This document shows positions 46,031 to 55,370 of a DNA stretch of 61,273 nucleotides, one piece after another. The DNA comes from an uncultured Planctomycetia bacterium (GTDB lineage Bacteria; Omnitrophota; Gorgyraeia; Tantalellales; Tantalellaceae), in assembly GCA_964572255.1 (NCBI GenBank), contig CAZNEE010000007.1:3708-64980 (forward strand), written 5' to 3'. The notes under the pieces are model-generated. The model worked only from the letters and a program-made list of their open reading frames with translations. It searched no databases and was not told where the DNA came from. The translations under genes were made by a program, and so were the position numbers. The first letter of the stretch is position 1. Each line of letters starts with the position of its first letter.

Positions 46031-47060
46031 CGGACCTTGCTTTCTCCATCAGCTCCTGCTCGGCAGCTTTAAAAACGTCCTGGACAGTAATAGATTTCAT
46101 GCAGATATAATCTTTATCGCATTTATCCACATAGCACGGCACCTCGCAACCATGATCTTTATGGATAACAATGTTTTTTCCTTTGCCGCGGGGTCCGGTT
46201 ATTTCACAAGATGTAGGGCCGAACAGGCCGATCGTCGTGGCGCCTATCGCGGAGGCTAAATGCAGCGGCCCCGAATCGGCGCTTATTACAAGTTCGCTGG
46301 ACCTAAAAAGTGACGCCAGTTCATTGATGCCGGTCAGCCCCGCGACCGAATAACACCTCTTATCCCCGACTGCCTTCAGCATTCTATCAGTAAGTTCCTT
46401 GTCTTTTTCCGCGCCGGTCAGCATGATCTCAACGTCAGAAAACCTGGAAAGTATCATTTTGGAAAGTTCTACGAACTTTTCTTCCTGCCATCTCTTCGCT
46501 TCCCAATTCCCTCCGGGGTTGACCGCAACAGTACGCAAAACCCCTCCTCCGGCCCGCTCAAGAATAAGCGCCGCGCGCTCTTCGTCTTCCTCGCTTATAA
46601 AATGTTCATAATTACCTTCGACTTTGGTTATACCCAGAACCCCCGCCAGAGACAGGATCTGGTCCGCGCGATGTATATGATCCTGCAGCATATCCACTTC
46701 CTTGGTAAGTAATCTGCTTTTCCCGGCAAATCCTATCCTCTGGCGTATACCCGCCCACATTGCCATCGAAGTTTTCGTCCTTGAGGGTTTGAGTAAAAAG
46801 CAAGTATCGTATTTCTCTTTCCTTATCATATGCGTGAAAGAAAGTTTTTCACCTATTGATGTGATCTTTCTTCTGTCTGAAAGAGCGATAACATCATTTA
46901 CCCAAGGGTTATGGACCAGTAGATCCACGTATCTCGGTACGACCGCACATGAGATATACGCTTCTTTGAAATTCTCTCTCAAAGCACGAATAAGGGGAAC
47001 CGAAAAAAGAATGTCCCCCATCCAATTAAGTTCGAATATAAGTATTCTGTTAGGCCCCAT
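46017..47060 (-). CDS. GT9 LPS heptosyltransferase II-like
   Basis: NWMGDILFS, NPGGNWEAKRW, SADSGPLHLA. Confidence 0.9.
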   Translation of the reverse strand: MGPNRILIFELNWMGDILFSVPLIRALRENFKEAYISCAVVPRYVDLLVHNPWVNDVIALSDRRKITSIGEKLSFTHMIRKEKYDTCFLLKPSRTKTSMAMWAGIRQRIGFAGKSRLLTKEVDMLQDHIHRADQILSLAGVLGITKVEGNYEHFISEEDEERAALILERAGGGVLRTVAVNPGGNWEAKRWQEEKFVELSKMILSRFSDVEIMLTGAEKDKELTDRMLKAVGDKRCYSVAGLTGINELASLFRSSELVISADSGPLHLASAIGATTIGLFGPTSCEITGPRGKGKNIVIHKDHGCEVPCYVDKCDKDYICMKSITVQDVFKAAEQELMEKARSDEAR

Positions 47061-48168
47061 GATCTTCTGATACCACTTCCCTGTACACTTCCGCGGTCTT
47101 TAACGCGCTTTCTTCTATTGCAAAATCCCTTAACGCTTTTGTACGGGCTTTTTCAGCAAGCGCCTTCCTGAAAATATCTTCCCTGAAAAGACGGCCCATT
47201 GCTTCGGCAAGAGCTTCGCTGTCGCCCGGAGGGACAAGCATGCCTGTTTCCGCATTCTCTATCAATTCTGACGGCCCGCCTATATTGCTTGCGATACAAG
47301 CGCATCCGGCGGCCATAGCCTCCATTAAAGAGAGACCCAGCCCTTCTTCAAGAGAAGGCAGACAAAAGATATCAATAAGAGATAAATATTTTTCTAAAGG
47401 CGCATCCGTCCCGTCGCTGAAAAATACTTTGCCTTCCAGGCCCATCTCTTTTATTTGTCCCTTTAATCTGCCTTTTTCAGGGCCCTCCCCGACAATAAGA
47501 AGCTCCGCTTCCTCATTCTTGTTAAGGATCTTTTTGAAAGCTTCAAGAAGATATTTCTGTCCCTTTACTGAAGAAAGTCTGCCTATGGTCCCGACAATTT
47601 TCTTATCTTCCGATAATCCCAAGTTCCTCATTAAAGAGGCATCTTTTACCACGGGATTTGAAGTAAAACGCTCAAGTTCTATCCCATTATATATTAAAGC
47701 AATACGGTTTGAAGGGAAATTAAAATCATTTTCAAGATGTTCCTGCACATTCCTGCTTATTGCTATGACCTTACTCCCCCAGCATGGAAACAACTTACGC
47801 CCAAGCCGCTTGTATTTAAAAAAACCATGACAGGTCGATATGAACGGAATTCCCGTGACCTTGCCCGCAAAACAAGCTAAAACCTGGGCCACACGGGTCT
47901 GGGCATGGATCAGATCAAACCCGTTATTCTTTATCAGTTTGACAAGCTGCGGTAAAGCTTTCCAGACTTTGTACCCGAGTTCTGTTTTGGTCCTTATATC
48001 AAGATGAAAATGTTCTATGCCCCCTTCTTTAAGAGACGCGGCAAGATCCCCTCCGCTTGAAGCTACGGCAACATCCATCCCTTCTCTTTTAATGTAGCGC
48101 GCCAGATTCCTTGTATATATGCCGATACCGCCTATATCAAGATGTGTGGTCAAAAGTAATATCTTCAT
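47050..48168 (-). CDS. GT4 family glycosyltransferase
   Basis: GGIGIY, GRLSSVKG, EGLGLSLMEAMA, SNIGG. Confidence 0.9.
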   Translation of the reverse strand: MKILLLTTHLDIGGIGIYTRNLARYIKREGMDVAVASSGGDLAASLKEGGIEHFHLDIRTKTELGYKVWKALPQLVKLIKNNGFDLIHAQTRVAQVLACFAGKVTGIPFISTCHGFFKYKRLGRKLFPCWGSKVIAISRNVQEHLENDFNFPSNRIALIYNGIELERFTSNPVVKDASLMRNLGLSEDKKIVGTIGRLSSVKGQKYLLEAFKKILNKNEEAELLIVGEGPEKGRLKGQIKEMGLEGKVFFSDGTDAPLEKYLSLIDIFCLPSLEEGLGLSLMEAMAAGCACIASNIGGPSELIENAETGMLVPPGDSEALAEAMGRLFREDIFRKALAEKARTKALRDFAIEESALKTAEVYREVVSEDHGA

Positions 48169-50252
48169 TTCATGACCTCAATTACCGCATCGAACACTTC
48201 GCGGGGCGTGATCAAATTCATGCATTTTCTCTTTTTAAAACATGAAGCCTTATAACACGGCGAACATGAAATTTTTCTGAAGATGACCCTGGAATTCTCC
48301 GCGGGAGGTGCATGCCTGCCGGGATCTGTAGGGCCAAAAAGCGCAACAAAAGGCGTACCCACGGCAGAAGCTATATGCATCGGCGAACTATCGCCGGAAA
48401 CCAAAGCATCACACCGTTTAATGAGGCTGATAAGTTTTGACACACTGGTCTTGCCTATTGCGTTTATGGGTTTTGCCGTTGTTCTTCTTATGAATTCTTT
48501 AGCCTCTTCCGCTTCGTTTTCCAGCCCGATAAGAACAACTCTTATACTTTTTTCTTTGGCCATTATTTCGCTTAATTCAGCCATTGATTGTATGGACCAG
48601 TTCTTCGTCTTCCATTTCTTGCTGGCTGAAAGGCTTAAAGCAACAAGTTTTTGATCCTGTTTAAGCCAGTTTTCCTTTAAGAAGTTTTCCGCCCATATAT
48701 CATTTTCCTTCTCGGGCCATAATTCCAGATGTTCATCCAGTCTTGTTATCCCCATCAAACCAAGAACACGTGATTGATGTTTTACGGGGTTGATGGACCC
48801 TTCCGGAAGCCCTATTTTCCTGTTAAGGAGAAAACTTAATTTCTTGTTATGATAACCGTACCTCTCCGGGATCATGCTTAAAAACGCTAATAAGTGACTT
48901 GAACGATTATTCTGAAGATCCACCGAAATATCGAAATGTTCCGCCCTTAATCTTCCGGCTAATTTCAAAAAACCGATGCCCTTGTCGCGATTGTGGGGAT
49001 CATATGTTATGACCTCGTCAATATACGGACATTTGTCAAGCACCTCGCGGAAACGCACATCAACAAGAACTTTTATCGCGGCATTCGGGTGCCTTTTTCT
49101 CATGGCCCTCAGGGAGGGAACGCTGAGAATAATATCCCCGAGTGAGCTCATCTTGAAAATAAGGATATTCTTCTTCTCTAATACCTGCGAATAAGTGTCC
49201 AGGGTATGCTTCATTACCTCATCAAGAGAGTATTTCTTATCGACATTCTCTCTGGCTTTTTGCGTTATATTTTTCACTAAGGCCGGTTCTTTCGCGTAAC
49301 GCATTATCTTCTCCGCCATATCGGATGGATCGGACGGTTCGCATAATAGACCTGTAACGCCGTCTTCTACATTTTCGACAACTCCCCCGACCCTGGTTGC
49401 CACAACAGGCACGCCTCTTGCCTGCGCTTCAATTATCGCGCGCCCGAACGCTTCCTGCTCTCTGTTGGCGGACACGAGAACATCGAGTTCTTTCAGCACA
49501 TCCGCGACATCTTTATCGCTATCCACGAATTCTACTATTTTCCCGAGCATGAGATGACGTATCGAAAGCTCTATTCTTTTGATATATTCTTCTTTCGCGG
49601 AAGATTTCTCGCCCATAAGCATGATCTCGAGATTAGGCATCCTTCTGTAAACATAAGACGCGGCTTTTAAAAAATCCAGATGCCCTTTTAAAGGCGTGAA
49701 ACGGCTTATCATGCCGATCCGGAATTTATTTCCCTTTCTTTCCTCCGGAGGGATATACCCGAACTTTTTAAGGTCCACTCCCCTCGGCACTATCATCATC
49801 CTGGTCAATGGAACGCCGAAATTATCCCTCATATATCTTGCCATCATCTCATTCGCCACTATAACCATTTTTCCCCAGCCCATTACCCGGCTCATCAAGT
49901 GTTTCTTATACTGGCCATGAGCTGTTGTAATAAAATGTCTATGTGTGGCGCGCGCGGCAAAATAAGCCGTAAGAGCGGGCACCCTGCTTCTTGCGTGTAC
50001 GATGTCGATATTTTCTTTTTTTATTATATGTTTCAGCTTATGGTAGCAATAAACCATCACAAAAGGATTTTTCCTGCCCACAGGCAAGATATAATGACGT
50101 GCGCCCATGGCATCCAGAGCTTTTTCCAGCTTTCCCCCGCCCGAAACAACAACAGCTTTATGTCCCCGAAGCGTAAGATAGCGGGCAACTTCGACCGTCC
50201 CTTTTTCCACGCCGCCAAGATCAAGTTTTGGAACAAGTTGTAAGATATTCAT
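48165..50252 (-). CDS. Bifunctional GT4-GT9 glycosyltransferase fusion
   Basis: N-half: GGVEKGT, HARSR, EAFGRAIIEAQA. C-half: SSLGDIILS, KNW, SGDSSPMHIA. Confidence 0.88.
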   Translation of the reverse strand: MNILQLVPKLDLGGVEKGTVEVARYLTLRGHKAVVVSGGGKLEKALDAMGARHYILPVGRKNPFVMVYCYHKLKHIIKKENIDIVHARSRVPALTAYFAARATHRHFITTAHGQYKKHLMSRVMGWGKMVIVANEMMARYMRDNFGVPLTRMMIVPRGVDLKKFGYIPPEERKGNKFRIGMISRFTPLKGHLDFLKAASYVYRRMPNLEIMLMGEKSSAKEEYIKRIELSIRHLMLGKIVEFVDSDKDVADVLKELDVLVSANREQEAFGRAIIEAQARGVPVVATRVGGVVENVEDGVTGLLCEPSDPSDMAEKIMRYAKEPALVKNITQKARENVDKKYSLDEVMKHTLDTYSQVLEKKNILIFKMSSLGDIILSVPSLRAMRKRHPNAAIKVLVDVRFREVLDKCPYIDEVITYDPHNRDKGIGFLKLAGRLRAEHFDISVDLQNNRSSHLLAFLSMIPERYGYHNKKLSFLLNRKIGLPEGSINPVKHQSRVLGLMGITRLDEHLELWPEKENDIWAENFLKENWLKQDQKLVALSLSASKKWKTKNWSIQSMAELSEIMAKEKSIRVVLIGLENEAEEAKEFIRRTTAKPINAIGKTSVSKLISLIKRCDALVSGDSSPMHIASAVGTPFVALFGPTDPGRHAPPAENSRVIFRKISCSPCYKASCFKKRKCMNLITPREVFDAVIEVMK

Positions 50253-50254
50253 GG

Positions 50255-52195
50255 TTAAAACAATTTATATAATTTCTTGTATATCCGTTCGTTATCATCG
50301 GGAGAAACTGATCCCGTCCTTTTTTCCGTAAGATCTTTTATTTCCCCCGGGATGCTTTCCGGTTCTATGAGTTTTAAATAATTCTTCTTCGAAAGATCTT
50401 GGATGAATTTTTCATATTTGGTCAAAACATCCGTCTTTTTATCCGGCATAAACACAAGTACCTGCTTGCCTGAAGAAACAGCTTCCGACACCATGGATAT
50501 ACTTTCTCCTGAAACGATGACTATATCGCTGAGTGCGAGTATTTTATCCACTGTTTTTTCGTCTGTATCGCCCTTCCCGGAAATAAACTTAACGCATCCC
50601 GGGCATGTTTTTAAAGCGTCCTTAAGGATCCCTTCCGCTCTTTGGGGCGTTCTGCGTGATGTAGTGACAAGAACCTTGCCGTCGAATAATTCCGATGCCT
50701 TTCTGACCGATCGAGCTATTCTTTCCGAAAGCGTCTCGCTGAAAGTAAAATAGGGATTATCTCCCCCCACCAAAAGTCCTATGCATAATTTCCCTTCAAG
50801 CGCTTTACGCTCTTCAGTTGTTTTTTTCAGGTCGTCTAATCCGCTTGTATCAATAAGATTGGGGGCCAGTTCCGTAACGACAAAATTGTTTCCCCCGGAT
50901 AAGCTTTCTTTATAATCATGCCGAGGGATAACCACCAGATCGAATTTTTTTCTGTTAAACTTGCCGGGATCCAAAACGGTCACATTGCGCGCCCAATTCT
51001 CTATTTTCAGCATCTTATTGACCGCAAAGAGCGCTGATCCGCAGCTTACGATAATATCAGCATATGTATTAACCGCTTTTTTATAACTTTCATCTTCAAA
51101 AGCCCATTTCAAAAGATATGTCCGTCCCTGCAGATAAGGACCGAAAAATACGCTGAGCATGCCGAACAGGGTCCTGGTGAATTTGCTCTTGAACTTTATA
51201 GACACTAACTCAACTTTTAAATGATCCGGATCAAAACCTTCATCGCTTCTATAACGCTTGATCTGTTTTACGACTGAAAGCGACTGTTTGAGATGGCCTT
51301 TCTTGCCGTCATCCAAAACCAATATTTTCTTGAGCGGCGTGACCTTCCATCTCTTATGCATCCAAAGCCACTGGTCCGGATAGTTCCTGACGTGCTTCTC
51401 AAGAAGATTATTGTATTTTTGCATATACGGAATAATGTCATCATCCCTGCCTATCATCAAAGGCTCTTCTAAAATAAGTTTATGGTAAGGCCCCTTTTCT
51501 CTGTGTATAAACGCGGGTAATATCCATGCTCCGCTTTTCTGGGCAAAACGGTACGGCCCCGTTGCGGTTGAAGCGGGTCTTCCAAAAAAATCTATAAGTT
51601 CGCCGTTCATGCCCGCATTCTGATCGGCGAGTATACCCAGACTTTTACCTTCGTGCAGGACCCTGAATATGTTTTTTATATCCATCCCCTTACGTATCAC
51701 GGTATTGCCTTTAGTCTCACGCAAAAGGTTCAAAAGCTCGTTCAACCTGACCATCTTCTGGTCTCTCGCCAGAAGATAAAGCGGATAACCATGCATAACG
51801 CTGGTCACAGTGCTTAGCTCCCAGTTGCCGAAATGCGCCGAAACAAGGATCATGCCCTTAGGGTTCTTTGAGGCTTTTTCTATCCTCTCCTCATCGATCA
51901 CATCCACATATTTATAAATATATTTCTTATCGAACTTTGTCATGGACAATATCTCGGCAAAAGTCTGCGCGGCGTTCCTATACACATTCTTTGTTATACG
52001 TTTGATCTGGCGCGGTGTTTTTTCGCCGGAGAACGCAGCCTTCAGATTGGAATAAGTTATCCTCTTCCTTTTTCCGCTCAGGCAATATACGAGCCGTCCG
52101 AAACATCTGCCTAACCAGAGATCGAACCGGATCGGCATGAAATGCAGGAACTTATTCAGGCCCCTAACCAGAAATGATGCTATTAAGTCCAGCAA
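50255..52195 (-). CDS. LpxL-family acyltransferase fused to an ELM1/GtrOC1-family domain
   Basis: N-half: SAHFGNWEL, LADQNAG, QWLWMHKRWK. C-half: DDGKKGHLKQS, DLVVIPRHD, LLVGGD, TTSRRTP, SGESISMVSEA. Confidence 0.85.
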   Translation of the reverse strand: MLDLIASFLVRGLNKFLHFMPIRFDLWLGRCFGRLVYCLSGKRKRITYSNLKAAFSGEKTPRQIKRITKNVYRNAAQTFAEILSMTKFDKKYIYKYVDVIDEERIEKASKNPKGMILVSAHFGNWELSTVTSVMHGYPLYLLARDQKMVRLNELLNLLRETKGNTVIRKGMDIKNIFRVLHEGKSLGILADQNAGMNGELIDFFGRPASTATGPYRFAQKSGAWILPAFIHREKGPYHKLILEEPLMIGRDDDIIPYMQKYNNLLEKHVRNYPDQWLWMHKRWKVTPLKKILVLDDGKKGHLKQSLSVVKQIKRYRSDEGFDPDHLKVELVSIKFKSKFTRTLFGMLSVFFGPYLQGRTYLLKWAFEDESYKKAVNTYADIIVSCGSALFAVNKMLKIENWARNVTVLDPGKFNRKKFDLVVIPRHDYKESLSGGNNFVVTELAPNLIDTSGLDDLKKTTEERKALEGKLCIGLLVGGDNPYFTFSETLSERIARSVRKASELFDGKVLVTTSRRTPQRAEGILKDALKTCPGCVKFISGKGDTDEKTVDKILALSDIVIVSGESISMVSEAVSSGKQVLVFMPDKKTDVLTKYEKFIQDLSKKNYLKLIEPESIPGEIKDLTEKRTGSVSPDDNERIYKKLYKLF

Positions 52196-53207
52196 TTAAC
52201 TGCTCCTTCCCTTCGCCTATATCCATATTGATGCTTAAAATGATAAGTTTGCTTTCAATACGCGCCAGATCAAGTTTTTTTAATTTTACATAATCTTTTT
52301 GTGTTATCACTATTTTGTCTACATCCTCAAGGAAACATCTCTTAGCAATATTATCGATGTCTTTCTGCGTATATGAATGATGGTCCCCGAACGTAACGCG
52401 GGAAACTATGTCGGCGCCTTGTCTGTTAAGAATGAATTCAAAATAAACGGGATCGGCTATCCCGCACACCACGCATACCCTGATCCCTTTTAAGCTTTCG
52501 GCCGGATAGATCGAACCCGTGGGATCTTTTACATACTGAACTTTATGCCTGGCCGTAAGTATGACCTTCCCCGGAGCTAAACCGTTCAACTTATTAAAAA
52601 TCTCTTTTCTTCTGTCCTCATCTATCCTGTCCGCCTTAGTGATCACCAGGATATCCGCTCTTTTGACGGCTTTCGCGGGTTCCCTTAAAATGCCTCTCGG
52701 AAAAAGAAAACCGTTGCCGAATACCGAACCGCTGTCCAATAGAAGAATATCAAGGTCCCTTTTGATCCTTCTGTGCTGGAAACCATCATCCAATATCAAG
52801 ATATTGTTTCCTTCGCGAACAGCGTGTTCCGCGTTTTTTATTCTATCCTGTCCGGGAAAAACCGGAACATCCGCCAACTCATCACGAAGCATCCTGTGTT
52901 CATCATCCCCGTACCCCCTTATCAGAATCGCGGGTTTTCTGCCTAAGCCGCGATAATAATCCGCCAAAAACATAGTAAAAGGTGTTTTGCCGGTCCCCCC
53001 AAGGGTTATATTGCCTACACTCACGACAGGGACATTCATCTTACGTGAAGGACGTATGCCCGAAACATAAGAAAGATCCACAATTTTTACAGCCAGCCGG
53101 TATATCCAGGATAGCACCAAAAGTATTGTTTTCAGGGCCTGCGCGATAACTCCTCCCCTTTCGTCCTTCATCAAAGATATCATATAAAACTTAAGTGATC
53201 GCATCAT
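52164..53207 (-). CDS. lpxK: Tetraacyldisaccharide 4'-kinase
   Basis: SVGNITLGGTGKTP, LDDGFQH, GILREP, ITQKDYVK. Confidence 0.96.
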   Translation of the reverse strand: MMRSLKFYMISLMKDERGGVIAQALKTILLVLSWIYRLAVKIVDLSYVSGIRPSRKMNVPVVSVGNITLGGTGKTPFTMFLADYYRGLGRKPAILIRGYGDDEHRMLRDELADVPVFPGQDRIKNAEHAVREGNNILILDDGFQHRRIKRDLDILLLDSGSVFGNGFLFPRGILREPAKAVKRADILVITKADRIDEDRRKEIFNKLNGLAPGKVILTARHKVQYVKDPTGSIYPAESLKGIRVCVVCGIADPVYFEFILNRQGADIVSRVTFGDHHSYTQKDIDNIAKRCFLEDVDKIVITQKDYVKLKKLDLARIESKLIILSINMDIGEGKEQLIAGLNSIISG

Positions 53208-54478
53208 CTTTTCACGGCCATATATTCCCCGATCCTATTGACCGTTTTTTTAATAGCCCCGGAATTATCCCGAATTATCTTAAGGGCATTTGTCTCCATT
53301 TCCCGGCGCTTTTTCTCGTTATTCAAAAGATCCTCGATCTTATTTTTTAATTCCGTCTTATCCTTAACACAAGCCGCAGCCCCGCCCTGCACGAATATAT
53401 CCGCTATTTCACGGAAATTGAACATGTGGACACCGAAGATAACAGCTTTACCCCATACACCCGGTTCGATAGGGTTCTGCCCGCCGCGTTTTGCCATACT
53501 TCCGCCTACAAAGACCAATGTGGCCGCGTTATAGATGTCTTTGAGATGGCCGATCGTATCGACCAGAAGTATGTCGGAACCGGACGGAAAGCTCTCTTTT
53601 CTTGAATGGATATCGGAAAAGAGAGAATATGATAAACCTTTATCTTCAATATATATTTTTATCGCTTCAACGCGTTCAATATGGCGTGGCGCCAGCACAA
53701 GTTTTAAATTTTTTTTCCTCTCACGCAGCTCTTTAAAAAGATCTATGACCATGGACTCCTCGGGATAATGCGTGCTCCCTGCGACCAGGATCTCGTCATC
53801 ATCACCGAATCCCAGGCTTTTTCTCCCTATTTCAGGCTGATCCGGAGTTTCAACATCGAATTTCATATTACCCGTAACAGAGACTTTACCGGGCGAAGCC
53901 CCGAGTTTTATGATCCTTCCGGCGTCGGTATCCGACTGCATGCAGAAACAGCTTATGTTATTAAGTATTTTCTTCACGATAAAAGCGACCCTCCCGTAAT
54001 TCCTGAAGGAGTTGTCGGATATCCTGCCGTTCGCGAGAATGACCGGAACTTGCCTTCTTTTAAGTTCTTCAAGTAAATTCGGCCATAGTTCCGTCTCTAT
54101 CATGATATAAATACCCGGATCTATAAGCCTTACCGCCCTCGACACGATAAAACTCACATCCAGGGGAAAATAAAAAACCTCATCTACCGAGCCTTGCGAA
54201 GTCTTACATGCCATATCGTTCCCTGTCCGGGTTGTAGTGGAGATAACGATACGGGCATCCGGAAAAGTTTCTTTTATAGCCTTTGCCAGTTTTGTTGCGA
54301 TAGCGGCCTCCCCTACACTAACGGCGTGTATCCAGAGAGGCTTTTTAATATGCTTTATTTCTTCAGGCAGAAAGGAAAACTTCTGCAGGAAATCACGATG
54401 CAGTTTGCCCTTAAAAAGAAGATACGGCAGATAAATGATACCGAAGATCAAAAAGAATATATTGTAAAGTATTCTCAT
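53204..54478 (-). CDS. waaA: KDO transferase
   Basis: WIHAVSVGE, ETELWPN, LAPRHIER, DTIG.L, GGQNPIEP. Confidence 0.96.
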   Translation of the reverse strand: MRILYNIFFLIFGIIYLPYLLFKGKLHRDFLQKFSFLPEEIKHIKKPLWIHAVSVGEAAIATKLAKAIKETFPDARIVISTTTRTGNDMACKTSQGSVDEVFYFPLDVSFIVSRAVRLIDPGIYIMIETELWPNLLEELKRRQVPVILANGRISDNSFRNYGRVAFIVKKILNNISCFCMQSDTDAGRIIKLGASPGKVSVTGNMKFDVETPDQPEIGRKSLGFGDDDEILVAGSTHYPEESMVIDLFKELRERKKNLKLVLAPRHIERVEAIKIYIEDKGLSYSLFSDIHSRKESFPSGSDILLVDTIGHLKDIYNAATLVFVGGSMAKRGGQNPIEPGVWGKAVIFGVHMFNFREIADIFVQGGAAACVKDKTELKNKIEDLLNNEKKRREMETNALKIIRDNSGAIKKTVNRIGEYMAVKR

Positions 54479-54496
54479 GGAATTATACGATCAATA

Positions 54497-55366
54497 CTAT
54501 GCTCTCGGATGCGCTTTGTTATATATTTCTTTAACACGCTGGGTCCCCAGATGCGTATAGATCTGTGTAGTGGATAAATTTTTATGCCCTAAAAGTTCCT
54601 GGACGCTCCTTAAATCAGCACCGTTGTCCAGCATATGCGTAGCAAAAGAATGACGAAGAGAATGAGGTGAAATTTTCTGTTCTATACTGCATTTCTTTAT
54701 ATATTTATCAATTATCCGCCTGACACTTCTATCCGTAAGGCGGTTACCCGACTTATTCAGAAAAAACGCCGGGGATTTATTGAAACCGGCCATTTTTTTC
54801 TCCTCTGAATACCTCTGTATCGCATTCTGAGCCTCTTTGCCTAAAAGAGCGAGTCTTTCCTTCTTACCCTTACCTCTGACTTTTATCACTCCCGCTATAA
54901 GATCTATATCCTGATCGCTGAGCCCGACGAGCTCGCTTACGCGTATGCCCGTTGAATACAGCGTCTCCAGAATAGCTCTGTCGCGTAAACCCTGCAAAGT
55001 ATCAAGGGCGGGTGAAGTCACGAGTTTTATAGTTTCGCTGATATCCAGAAATTTCGGCAGCTTTTTTTCGAGTTTCGGGGTAAAAACCGCATCAGCGGGA
55101 TTGACCTCAATTTCTTTCATCCTGAAAAGATAACGAAAAAAAGACCTTATGACCGATAGTTTCCTGTTAATGGTCTTTTTGGAGCAATTTTTGTTCTTTA
55201 ACTCCGCTAAAAATCGCCTGATATCCAAATGAGTCACGCCTGCAGCGCTTTTCCCGCCGAGAAATTCAACAAACTCTTTAAGATCTGACCTGTAATTCCT
55301 TAAAGTATGATCAGAATAATTTTTTTCCTCGAGATATTGTTCGAACCTTTTCAAAGATTTCTTCAT
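54497..55366 (-). CDS. xerC: Tyrosine recombinase XerC/XerD-like
   Basis: R (GIRVSE), K (GKGKKER), HSLRHSFATH, LLGH, TTQIY. Start at ATG 55366, 4 nt after the topA stop; the ORF-track extension overlaps topA. Confidence 0.92.
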   Translation of the reverse strand: MKKSLKRFEQYLEEKNYSDHTLRNYRSDLKEFVEFLGGKSAAGVTHLDIRRFLAELKNKNCSKKTINRKLSVIRSFFRYLFRMKEIEVNPADAVFTPKLEKKLPKFLDISETIKLVTSPALDTLQGLRDRAILETLYSTGIRVSELVGLSDQDIDLIAGVIKVRGKGKKERLALLGKEAQNAIQRYSEEKKMAGFNKSPAFFLNKSGNRLTDRSVRRIIDKYIKKCSIEQKISPHSLRHSFATHMLDNGADLRSVQELLGHKNLSTTQIYTHLGTQRVKEIYNKAHPRA

Positions 55367-55370
55367 GTGT

